Assembly (NCBI GenBank): GCA_027923505.1
Contig: BROI01000008.1
Span: 186,001-250,000 of the forward strand
Reading direction: 5' to 3'
DNA: 64,000 nucleotides
Source of the DNA: Mayamaea pseudoterrestris
Lineage: Eukaryota
In this document: one piece after another, positions 19,851-32,455 of the stretch
Numbering within the stretch: the stretch's first letter is position 1
How the letters are laid out: each line of letters begins with the position of its first letter
Position numbers and translations under genes: made by a program
The notes under the pieces: generated by a model
Database searches by the model: none
What the model was told of the DNA's origin: nothing
The model's input: the letters and a program-made list of their open reading frames with translations, nothing else

Positions 19851-22800
19851 ATGCCAAGTTCCAGCAATAATGTTCCAATGACAATCCGCGAAGAGGAACC
19901 GTTGCTGCTCAACTCCAAGCTTGACAACAATTTGGCGCAGACTAGTGTCATGCCACTCAACAACCAAGATGCTTCAGGCTTTGCGACGGCTGGCGGTGAC
20001 GAGTTCATCCTACGATCGCAACGATCCTGGATTATTAAGGTGGGACCCATCAAAAAGTACATGTTCAAGGGGCACTTGATTCGATCTGTGCGGCTTGGAT
20101 ATTTTGGAGGTAAAAGACGAAAACTTTCCGTCCAAGTTCAAGCGCCACATCACGCGACCACTGGAGGAGGCGGTGGACTCTTGGCGTTGAGTCGATTGTT
20201 TGGGGGTGGCAAACAAGATGGAGAGGAGTCTCAGGATTTGTCACAAACGGAAGCAGATGGAGTCATGGCGCAGCTGAGTGAGAATGATGTTGTTTGGATC
20301 AAAGTCTACAAGAAACCAAAACAAGTTGGTGATGATGACGACGACGCGTCCGTCGGGACGGACGGAGGGACAGGTTAGTAGATGCGCATCGAATGATACG
20401 TAATACAATTTACTTCTTGCTCACTTCTTACTTGATCAACAGAAAGTATGACCGATGGCGAGCCAACTTTGATTTCCAGTGCCGAAGAGGCGGAATATTC
20501 TGTTGAGTCGGATGCATATGAGTTGTCAGACTTGGAGATATTGGAGCGAAAGAACAAAACATTGGAATGTAAACTGGGGACGGGCAACGAGACAGTTGTT
20601 CGTGAACTACGGTTTAGGTCAGCGGTGGAAGCGGATGCCTTTGCACGCGTTTACTCAAAATTGGAAAAAATGGTTTCCGAACGAACGCAGGAACAGCTGG
20701 CCAAATTTAGAAAGAGCAGTGCACCGGCAGAGTCGGTTGTTCATGATTTGGAGAAAATTGTGGACAAGTCTGGTGAGGCCATTGCTATTTTGTGCGAGAT
20801 TGTCAGTGCGCAGAGTCTCCCTATAGCAGACATGTACTCGACTGATCCGTACATTATCGTGCGCATGGGTAGAACTGAAATTCATCGGACGGCGCACATC
20901 AGCAAGAACCGCGATCCAATCTGGACAATTCGAAATGGGAGCTTGTTTCTCTTGGAGATGACACCGGAAGAATTCTTCTCGTTTCCAAGCATGAGCTTTG
21001 TGGTCAAGGATTTTGACCAATTTGGATCAAATGAGATTCTTGGTGCTGTGCATGTCCCTTTGCAGGATTTGCTAACTGGTACCGGGGAGCGGAAAGAATA
21101 TGTCATAACGCCGCGGAAAGGTTTTCGTTCCACTAAGGACGAGGATTTCAAGCCGCGCCTATACTTGCGGTTCCGTAGAGCATCAAAGGAAGACATTTTG
21201 GTGCGTATGCGTCGCTTTGAAAGACATCGATAGTCGTCTTAGCCGCGCTCATCAGTGTATTTTTCTAGTTTATGCAAAATTTTGAAGATAATAAGAAAGC
21301 TGTCGGTGTTTACGTGGATGAAACATTTTTACGGTACCGTCCTCCTCATCTTGGCCTGACGAAGCGGTTGCATAAAAAGGGTGACAACAAAGAGATACTG
21401 GTGAGTCTATTATCATACGTTTGTATGCTCTATGCGTCGCATTTTTAACTCACCTTGTCTCCCTTAGAATCGCGTAAGACCATTTCCAGATCCAGACCGG
21501 CCGGAGGACACCAAATGGATGACGAAGGACGAAATTAACCAAGATTCGCTTGTCATGTCGAAGAACTGGGTCGAAGCTGGATCTGGGGGGCGCGAACGGG
21601 TTGGGAGAGTGTACCTTGAAATTCTCGGCTGTGACAAACTTCCCAACATGGACAGTTTGACGCTGGACCTGCGCGACGCGACGGACGCTTTCGTCTCGGT
21701 TGTTTTTGAAGACGCCATAGTGAGCACAGGTATGAACCAGTCATAATGCAGGATATGGTGTATTGCTTTTGCTAACATTGCTCTCTAATACTTAGATGTT
21801 ATTGCTAATACACTGTCGCCAAGGTGGCCGTCGTGGTCTCAACGAGCGTTTGCCTTTAATGTTGCGCATCCGTCGTCTGATCTTATATTGGCCGTCTTTG
21901 ATTATGATCCTGAAGCTAGTCCGCTGCAAATGCTATCTCGAGCTGCAACAACGAGTCTTCACGATGCGATCGGCAGAGTTCAGGTGAACCTTTCAGCATT
22001 CCATGCGAATACAGTGTATACGTTGTGCTATCCATTATATTACGGGGAGAAGGCCGAGGAAATGACTAAGTCTAACGGCAAAGTTTGGATCCGCTTGCGG
22101 AAGGAGTGGGTCGACGTTCGCCGAGCACTAGTGGTAGCAGCGTTGCCACCGCATCCGCCCGTCTTCGTCACCGTGGCGCGCCCAGTCGACTATCAGGTGG
22201 CTCACTACACGACAGAAGGAGCGGTAAGTTTGCCACCCACGATTCTTGGTTTTTTGCAACTCGAACTGTCTTTTAACGCTCTTGTTTCTAGCACGTCGAG
22301 ACGGACTTTAGCTTGTCTATCTTTACCGAATACATTCAAGAATTGCAATCCTACACAGAGCTTTCGAACGTTGCAATTGACGCTTTTATGGCGGTATGGC
22401 TGTGGCGCGGACACTATCCGGTGACTTTCAGAGGGCGGGATGTGCTTCTACCTCTCCACTCAATCACCGCATACATTTGGGCAATTGTACTCACTCGCAA
22501 TTTTAACACGCTTCCGTCTTTCGTTTTCTTTGCGATTGGATGGGGATTTCTGTGAGTGCTGGACGAAGCTGGTTTTTATGTTCCGCCGGGTGAAGTCTCA
22601 CCGACCGTTTCCCTTCAGCGCGACGAATGAACATGTGAACCAAAGTCCTTCGGTATGGCACCGCACCCCGCACTTCCTAGATGGACTTCGGCTGTTGCTG
22701 AATTTTAGATGGACAGATATGTCGATTAATATAGATCCAAATTATAACGCTGAAGCCGTGGAGGCTTATCAGAAGGCCATGGAGGATCGCGTCTCGCGAC

Positions 22801-23792
22801 GCAAACACGAGAAGGAGCTAGAGCTCCAATATGACATGGAGACGAAGAAAAGATTGGGTGTCGTGGTAGACGATGCAGAGGCAGAGGACGCTGAGATCGT
22901 CAACTCGCATCGCAACAACATTTTATCGAAGGTGAAGGATCTTGTCAACCCCATGACCTTGACGGTCAAACCTGTTCTGCATCCAATTCAACTAAAGTTG
23001 CGATCGGTTATTATCGGGCTTCGTATCACGAAGAGCATCATCATGTGGGACGACTTTTACTACGCCTGGTGGATTACGTTTTTTTGTTTTGCCATTTCGA
23101 TCATGTTGGTGTGGATTCCATGGGGCTGGATGATGCGTTGGTTGTTGCGTGTAATTGCATGGGTCGGGTTCGGGCCGTGGATGATGCTGGTCGATCAAAA
23201 GTACTTTGCCGAGAATCCCGACATGACAGAGAAGGAGAGAGAGGAATTGATTCGCAAAAAGGTTGAAACTCGCTACGATGCAGTAATTAAAGCGGCATCA
23301 GATTATCAGGTTCGCAAGGAAAGGATCATCAAGCTAAAGAGCATGTCTACCTACATGTTTGGACGGTTCCATTTGCGCGTTCCGCGCTTTAATGAGGATT
23401 TGATTACCATCAATCCACTACCAGAGTCATATGCCAAGGCGTACGATCCGTCCAAAGCCCCACCCATTCACTTTGTGGATCACAAGTACGGTCAGCGTCT
23501 AGAAGGCGACATGATACCTATGCGAGACATTCAGATTGCTCAGAAGAAAAAGGCCATTGCCAGCAAGGAACCAAAGAAAACCCACATGCAGGCGAGGGCT
23601 GGAAAGGCGCTAGGTCGTTTCCGCAAGTCGGTGGCACCACTCGGGAAACGTGTCGTTGACGGTATTGCGGATGGAGAGCACTTAATCACCGATAACGTGC
23701 CACTTTTGGGTCGAAAAAGTGGACAAAATGGTGGGCATCAGACGCGAAATGGCGCAATATCCGAGGCGTCAAAGTCGAACAAGATAGATTAA
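19851..23792 (+). CDS. Multi-C2-domain membrane protein (MCTP-like, 7 exons)
   Basis: Introns 20374-20442, 21201-21268, 21401-21467, 21730-21795, 22224-22291 and 22552-22618 keep the frame. Two C2 domains (LPIADMYSTDPYI...DFD.FGSNEILG; LPNMD...DAFV...FDYD) and Trp-rich TM hairpins. Confidence 0.8.
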
Positions 23793-24151
23793 AGTGCTCA
23801 TGTGCAATATACTTACATGATTTTGTTATGTTAACTTTGAAACTGTTCAGTAGGTCTCAACCGCAGGTGGACAGTACAATAACATGCTTGCGACTTGAGA
23901 GTTTTATTGTTGTAACAACTTTACGACGTACTACTCGTGTCCGAGTGATTACCGGTAAGACGTCTTACACTACCAAATGAACCGCATGATGATGAAACAC
24001 ATGAACATGCGGTCGAGGACTTCAAATATTTGTAAAACAGGAAAGCTGCTTTCCGTAAACGAATGTATTCAAAGTGTTGCTACTTGCCTTTACTGCGCAC
24101 GAAAATTACGACTCTTTATCTCTTTGTGAATCACCGATATTGCAATCAAAG

Positions 24152-27100
24152 ATGGACGAGCTCCCGAAGGATTTGTTAATTGGAGTATCGCCACTCGTCT
24201 TCGCCGTGACCACAATGGCTGACGCCGGAAGCAACCCAGGCAATTCGAAAAGATCCCTATTTAATCGCTTCCTCGATGCTGTGGCTGCTTCGCTATCTGA
24301 CGAAGACTCAATTGAACAGGACGCAGTTCAATCCTCGTCGTCAGAACCTCGAATACGCTCAAGCATGTCCTTGTTTAGACCAGATGAAGACGAGTCGAGC
24401 GATGAGGAGGACTATGAATTACTTGGAGACGGAGCTACAGCTAGCACACAAAAGAGAAAACCAAACTCATCATCATTCTATGCGGGGTTCGGTCGTCGCT
24501 CTATGTCAGCGACTTCAGCAAACGACTTTGACAAGAGCCCAGCGAATGAGGGAACAAGATTAGGCGACACGACTATAAGTTACGCCAAGGCTTTAAAAAA
24601 CGGACAAGGCTTCTTCCAACGTGCTAGAATCGTTTCCGTGTCAATGCAGCATGGGCTACCTCCTTGCAATGATCCAGAGGGTACGGATAATTTAGCGTCG
24701 GCATTGACGCCATTTCTGAAGAATAAAGACCCCAAACTTGGAAAGCTACTTCTTGAAACATATCCATTGAATGGAATCTTGACGACGGGATGGTTGGAGA
24801 AGCATGTCCATGCTTTGCCAAGCGTAATTTTGGTTGTTTGTACTGTGTGCGCTGATCAGAAGGAGCAAGACATTGCCGACAAGCGACTACTGGAAACAAT
24901 AAGCAACTTCGAAGTTTCCATGGTTCCAAAACGACAATGCACCATTCACGTTGTAGGTCTCATGATGGATGATGTAACAATTTTGCAGGGTGAGGAGTGG
25001 ACGCGAGCCATTTCACGCATGATGCTTGACGAGGAGACGAAGACTGCAGCAACCGACTGGTTTCGCGTCGCCCTTTTGCGAACTAGCTCGGACTTGGAAG
25101 CCAGCGATACAGGTCTCCCGACTAGTCGAGCACTTAGGGAATTGCATCAGAGTGTACGAGACGCCAGTATGCAGTATTACTTGGGCCAGGCGCGTCGGAC
25201 CAAGGAGAAGCTTAGGAAATTACAGTTTGAAAAGTCACGGCGTCACGGTCAGGATGCTGTACCAAAATCGCTCCTGCCGTTGGTCATTCGATATTGCTTC
25301 AAGATTGCAATGTTCTACGAGTTTCAATGGAAGCATGAAAAATCGCTTCGTTTCATGGCGGCGGCTTATCGACAGGCGGCAAACTACAACGAGTATCTGT
25401 TACATTTGCGCCAGCATCCAGGCGAAACCGATAATGGGGGTGACGACTCAGGGCATTCTATTTCAATCGCCGGCGATGAGCTTGAAGTTTCGTTGGGCAA
25501 CATTGCCAATGGTAGCCTTGAGGCAGTGTGGAATCAAATCGTTGCACAACCACCAGATGATATGATTCATCAGTGCAGAGCCGTCGCCGAATGGCTGAAT
25601 CTTAAATTGCTACAAGCTGGGTTTTCGTCACATACTGAAGGCGGTCTTTTGGCGGCTGATAGGCAATGGCGACAACATTGCCGTAGATTTTGTTCACGTC
25701 AGCACTCCCCATTGTTCAAGTCAAATGACTGGTTTGAGTGGGCGTACATTGCTCGAAACTGGCTGACTATGAGTGAAATAGTAGAGAGGCACCCGCCAAA
25801 AGCGTTGGGAGATTTCGGGAATGATTATGACGAAGTATTGTTACGATGTAGTCCTTGGAGGTCATATGAAAAAACTGTCGATGCTATGCTACACCTTGCG
25901 AGTGCTATTGAGAACGCAAGGCGCATTACTGAGCTTTCGGATACCTTGGACTTGGAAGACCCGTTGCGGAGGAGATATATTGGATCATTTGGTAACAAGG
26001 GACTGCGCTCAATTCTTTCCGAATGCTGTAAATCCGATTATCGTGGTAAGCGCTCATGTGAAGTAAATGTCTTGTTTGTAAATCCGTCAAAGTGCTCACT
26101 CTTCAGCATGTCATTAATTCACAATAACAGTAAGGGCACGGGACCTAGCATATCGCGCTATAATGCTATATGAAGCCGAGTGCGAAAAGGAGAAGCGTGG
26201 TTTCTATGCGGAAGACCGAACGATGGAGCGCTCGACGAGCCGTGCTGGTGCGAGACTCTACTATCTGGCTGGCAGTATTTTGCTGGGCATGGGCCAACAC
26301 AAGGAAGCCGCCCTACATCTCGAGAAATCAACTCGGTTTGCGTATGGCTGGCCTGGAATTGAGCTTGCAATTCGAAAAATGCTGATAGAATGCTACGAGA
26401 AACATATTCCCTCGTCATCAAACACCAATGAGGAGAGTAACCAAGCTCTTGTGTCAATGATTCTCGACTCTTACTTTAACGCTAAAATGTCGGCGCAAAG
26501 TCTTCGGAGGGCTCTCGACCATTTTGCAACAATGGCAGGTGGTAAAGGTTTTCTAGATTGGTACCACGAGTCAGACGACGAAGAAGACAAGTCTCTTCCT
26601 TTCACCTTCGCCGTGTCATTTCCAGAACGAACGCATGCGACGGCAGGTGATAGTGTCAAGGCGTCTGTGCTGATCACGTCTAACCTTGACTACGCAGTCC
26701 ATGTCAACTCAGCTGTTCTTTTGAGTTTGGCCGGAGAACTAGCAATATCAACTGTTGATTTACTAAGCGCCGAGAATGCAAGTGAAGGTCATGACGGCGG
26801 CATCATCATACAATCGAAAACATCAATCATCATTGCCACCGAGGTTGAACTGCCCCAAGACACATCATTTATAGCAATTGACGACAGCGGCAACGGAGGC
26901 GAGAATCAGGGTGTCGCCGGGAAAGGATCATTTGCTAAAAGCGCCAGGCCACGGTCGGCTGGTGTCACGTCGGCCGGAGGGGCCCGATTCGTATCGGAGG
27001 ACGACAGCTCGCTCGGCAATAGAGTGTCTCAAGGTTGGAGTTTGCGCTTTTTAGGTGGCAAGTCGCTCCGTTGCGACGGCGTGCGACTTACTTTCCATCC

Positions 27101-28961
27101 AGTGCAGGTCGAAAAAGCAACGGGTGGTGAACCTGTGACGCTTATACATCTCACTTTAAAGAAAAAGAAAGCCAAGACGCCAGCTAACATTAAACGAACC
27201 CCATACGAAGAAGACAACTACATAGCTTCTGCGTGGTCACGCCCTACGCATCTACCACTTTCGCGAGGGCCCCGCAGTCTTCGCGTTCTGGGTCCACAAT
27301 CTGAGTTGACTGTCAAGGACATAACTGAAGCTGTAACTGGTGGAAAAGCGACGGAAGGGACTGTGAATCGGATTGTGGTCAAACTTACTGCTGGCGAGAA
27401 AGAGCGATGCAAGGATATTCAGTGTAAAATCAGTTGCTTTAGCGTGCTATTAACCACGGCAGGCACTACACTTCGTTTGGTAACTGAGAATGATAATATA
27501 ATATCCAGGGGCGAAGGTTCAGCTTGCATGAGCGATCCAAATGTCCGAACGCCATGCTTGGTTACACCAACGTCCGACGTCTTTGAATTACCTCATGAGT
27601 CTACCTTTGGCTACAAACTTCCAATTGGTTGGAAAATGGCTGAGTCGGGGACAGCTTTCGTTGCGCCAATTGTTCACTCGCTTCAAAGTTCTGAATCTGC
27701 GTTTGTCCAGATGAACTTGTATCGACCGCCGCCTGCCATTCAAAATTCACTCAACGACAAGGATCAGGTAGGCGATGCAAGTGTCTGTAAAACAGATTTT
27801 TACTTGAGTATCTCGTACCAGAAGGAGCGGCCTCCGAAGGATGTGACAAAGCGGCCGGGAATGCGAAGAGCTTCGCGCAGGCGCGCCAAGCCGGTCATGT
27901 CACGACAGAAGTCAGATTCTGACGAACCTTTCGAGTCACCGGAAAATGAAGAACATTACTATGTGTCAGAAGCAACACCCAAGGCGCTTAGATTTGAGGA
28001 AGTAAACCTCGAGTATACTGGGACAGTTGTTTGGAGCAAGCCCCTGTCGGCCAAGTTTGAATCGAGCTCGAGTGATGATAGTTTGGGCTGTAGAAAAACA
28101 CGCAGCGAGAGCTTGGTTTTGACGAACGGGGACACTGCAACTATACGATGCATTTTCGAGGCGTATAATGAGAAAGCGAAGACTGACACCGAGGTTGTTG
28201 CAATTCGAGCCCAGCCTTCCGAAACTGACGAAGCACTAATAACTTTATCATCGCCAAAGCATGTGGAAAGCGTTGAAGGAAGTCTCTATCATGCCGAAGC
28301 AAACGATCCATGCAGCGTCTTATCTTTAGGATCTCGACGAAGTGTTGCTTATACAGTAAAGGGAATTCTCAAACCATCTGCGTCCACCAGTCAGGCAATC
28401 ATCTCACTCGGTTCTTTAATTGTGGACTGGCAACCTTCGTTGGTCCCTCTTCCCATCGATGCAAGTTGTTTTTTCAAAGATTCGGGTATATCAACTCACG
28501 GGCCGCTTCGACTTTCCACTCCATCAAAACTCAGCTTCGCTGGTCCAAGGTGCCGAATCGAGCAATCGCCGGTGCAAGTGAAGCTTCTACCCCTGCCAGC
28601 TACGCCCTTCGTGAACGCGCCTTTTCAAATACGCTACAGGATTTGCAACAATTCAGGCTATCAACAAGATGTACGTGTGCAGATTTCAGACCAGGTGCGT
28701 CCCGTTTGCAACAATGTAAGTAGCCTTTACTTCTCCGGAATTACGAAAGGCGACATTCGATTGACTTCCCGCGAGACCACGATTGTCAGCTACACTGCAC
28801 TAGCGACGACAACTGGCAAGGCGAATTTACCGTCAATCAAGATGTTTTTGACTCGCGACGGTTCCTGTATTGTGGACATACCGGCGAGGGAGGTTTGCAT
28901 ATTACCCGCGGAACGCAGGAGTGAGAATCACATTGTACAGTCCAGGTCACTTGACACTTAG
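24152..28961 (+). CDS. TRAPPC11: Trafficking protein particle complex subunit 11 (Foie gras/Gryzun; 2 exons)
   Basis: GIL..GWLEKH...LPSVI, YY....RR, IRYCFKIAMFYEF and AEWLNLK motifs. Intron 26046-26130 joins the two long ORFs in frame. C-terminal Ig-like domains. Confidence 0.82.
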
Positions 28962-29808
28962 CTATCTGTCACAGCTAGGAAACGCGCACTTTCAATGCTA
29001 GCAAATGCAGCCACTTGATGGAAGAGGCCTTGCGACTTTCTTATGTCCGTTTACTACATTCGAATGGCGCGCCATTTTCCGCGAATCGTCACAAGATCAA
29101 CTTGCGCCGATATTGGATAAACTTTACACGCCGAAGCTACATTAAAGCCACTGACCGACTCACTACTTGACAAGCAAGAGTCTCAAACTAGAAGCATTAC
29201 GGGAGTTAACGAACGTGTTGCAAGTCGACCCGGGCATCTCGTCGGCGTCGTTATCATTGTTTATCGGTACCTGCCGCTTGCTTTGGAATTCATCGAGACA
29301 GCCATAGAGCTTGCAATCTTGCGATGCCTTCACTAGCATTTCACACGGATTAATGCAGTAGACTGTTTTGCTAGGACTGCCGATGCCCTAAGCGCCAGTG
29401 GGGCAACCTGGTAGATCTTCGATGCTTAACCCCGCAGATCCGTATATACGAAACAGCCTGTTCTGATTGTGCGCGTCTCCGTTATCACATCTAGCCTGTT
29501 GAGAATGTCCGTTGATTCTAAGATGCACCGCAGCTTACGCTGCGATGGGCGCTTCAACCCACAAGTCTCCACCAAATTTACAGTAATTTTTATAAGAAAA
29601 AGCTGCCAAATGATCATTCTACTACGCTCTATAAAATGCTCTATATATAGTAGAGTACAGTGGGCATGTCTTCAGCGCCAATTGGCGAGCATTTTTGATT
29701 GCAGCAGGGGGCAGCCAAAAACGCGGTAGCTGGCACTAAAACCACTGCGACTGTCTCTTGAAGCTGCACCTCCAATTCCATCAGCGCGCCACAGTTTGGT
29801 CCTCCACC

Positions 29809-31952
29809 ATGAGTTCTGCCGATTCGTCAACTTTAGCGCAGCAAGCGCTTGAACGTGCCAAGGCAATTGCTGCCAAGCTATCTGGGACTGTTCCGAACGC
29901 CGACGCGAACGGAGGATTGACGAAACGCCGTCGGTGGGATGAACCGACTGGAAGCAGCAGCAACAATGAGACTGCCGACGACGATGAAACGAAGCGCGCC
30001 AAAATAACAGCAGCTGCAATCAACAGTAATAGCTCTGCAGTTCAACACGAGAAACGTATTTGGATAACAACGACGGTCGAGCGGCCGGCGCAGCATTACG
30101 TTCTTCATCTCTCAGATCAGTTGCAGGAGTTGAACGATTCGAATGGTGTGGAAAGTGACGAGGCAAGCAACATTTCGGCCAAGCTGCTAGGCAAAGGAAC
30201 GGACGAAGCTGTTGTTCCTGGATGGCCGCAGCTGCCGCTTCATATATTGCTAACGGCGCCGACGCATCAGCGACTCACGGAAGTGGCTGCAACCATCCAG
30301 AAATGGATTGATGTTGCGGATGCTGAACCCGCCTTGAACTACAGTGAGCAATCACTCGCGGTGCGCAACGAAGCAACTCATGGAAACACTGGCGCTGCAG
30401 ACTCCTACCGTCCTGCCTCCGTTGCGCAACTTATTCACGGTAATCCCTACGCCAACAGTGACGCCCCCTTGACGAATCAAATCACCTTTGGTGTGCCTCA
30501 CTCGGTGGTTGGCTATATCATCGGACGTGGAGGTTCCACATTAGCACAGCTTCAGGCAACCACGGGCGTTTCCGTTCAGATTCAAAAGGAGACAGATCTG
30601 GAACCGGGTCAAACGGATCGACAAATTACGCTGTCGGCGCCTGATGAAGCGTCCTTGGAGAATGGCAAGCGCCAGATTGAAAAGCTTGTGCGAGAAAAGT
30701 GTGGACCGACGGCAATGGGCGGCGCGGCTGGTCTTGGTTTCACAAAAAAGCATATGTACGATGCCAAGATTCAGGAGGCGATTGCAGCGGGACATGCTCA
30801 TATGACCATTCAAGTGCCAGAGGATGACGTCGGATTGGTGATTGGCAAGCAGGGAGCGACTATTCGACATATCCAAGAAAGTAGTGGTTGTAATGTGCAG
30901 GTTATGCCAGCGGAAAGCAACGAGAGTAAAATAGAAGACGGGAGAGACAAGGGGGATGCTAATTATTCGCGACCAACGCGAGCTGTCCATATCACACACC
31001 CGACAGAGCATGGAGCGCAGGCTGCGAAATCCATGATCGAAGAACTTCTTGCGAATAAGCCGCATTCTCATGGTGGCGGTGGTGGAGGCTACTACGGAGG
31101 CGGGTCGAGTAATATTACTATTCAAGTTGCGGTAAGGCCAGGGACTTCGTGTTTTCATTGTTGATGACGAGCAATTACTCACAGTACATGCTTCTATAAT
31201 CTATAACCACTTAGATTCCTGACAGGGATGTTGGTTTGTGCATCGGCAGACAAGGTTCCGTCATACGGCAGATCCAAGGCGAAACAAATACCAGGGTCCA
31301 AATTCCACCGCAGTGCGGACCTGGCGAAACGCATCGCATTATTAGCGTCACTGGTTCGCCAGAAGGAACTGACAAGGCAAGGAGGATGATGGAGACGATT
31401 TCTGCAGAGCAGTCGGCGGCCTGCGTAATGTCGGGATTTGACCAGTATCAGGCTCGCCAGCAGCAGGGGTTTAATTACGGCCAGCAACAGCAATCGCAAC
31501 CGCATGATCCAAATCAGCAGTATTCGGCAGAATGGCAAGCGTTCAAAGCAGCACAGGCAAGCGTTCAAAAACAGCACCAGCAGGAACCACCCCAGGCTCA
31601 GATAGTTACCGCCACGCCAGCTTTGGAAGCTGCTCCAGCAGCCGATGCTTACCACGAACAATTTTTCCGCTACGCCTATTATTACGGCGAAGAGGCTGCA
31701 CGCCAGTACTACGGCGCGTGGTCGCCCCCGCATGGGACGCCCAATCCGTACGGAGTGAATCCGACTTGTACTTTAACTCCACTGACAGATACTGAAAACG
31801 CTACGGTTGTGGCACCCACGACTTCCGTTGTGGCATCTGCTGCAGCGTCGTCCCATGTGGATTCAGCTGTAGCAGCTCCATCAACGCAGAACGCTCGCGA
31901 CTCGAGTCAACGGAGAGTGTCGAACCTCCCTGCGTGGATGACCAAGAAGTGA
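29809..31952 (+). CDS. KH-domain RNA-binding protein (FUBP/KHSRP-like; 2 exons)
   Basis: Three KH GxxG loops (IIGRGG, VIGKQG, CIGRQG). Intron 31132-31214. Tyr-rich C-terminus (FFRYAYYYGEEAARQYYG) ending NLPAWM. Confidence 0.85.
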
Positions 31953-32455
31953 ACGGGAAGAGTGGAAGGACTTACTGTGACTTAATACTTGTTCGTTTAT
32001 GTGCTTCGTTCACAACCGCCGGTTGTTGGTTCTCTAGATAAATCGTTATAAATGCTCTCACTTTAAAGCGCTCATTTTCTTTAATCTCACGACCCTTGTC
32101 CCAATAATTCATCTTCAGTTACAATTGTAAACGTGCCCGGTAAGAAACGGACGTTGTTCAAAATAGTGCTCGTATTTTCCCTTTCTTACAGTTTGAATGC
32201 CAATAGTTCTTGGCTGTGCCTACTCCTCGCGACAACCGTCGGTCGTGCATCTTGGACGAACACTTCGTTAAAAGTTGCAGCAAAAATGAAAAATCCACCG
32301 GCAGGCACCAACAAACTGTGGTGTGATAGAACGTGTACGTATACCATTGCTAATGCATCATCGTTTCGACTGAGGTATTGCTGAATAATGGAGTGTTGCA
32401 AATGTGAAAGCTCATAAAAATAAATATTATGCATTTAACGAATTATTATATGAAA

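Noticed and set aside
23981..24013. Hairpin ACCGCATG...CATGCGGT containing ATGATGA (box C-like)
   Set aside because: An 8-bp stem can arise by chance, and no properly placed box D or guide region was identified.
28962..29808. ~850-bp gap with short ORFs between TRAPPC11 and the KH gene
   Set aside because: No convincing spliced model or motif was found. Treated as UTR/promoter, although a decayed gene cannot be excluded.
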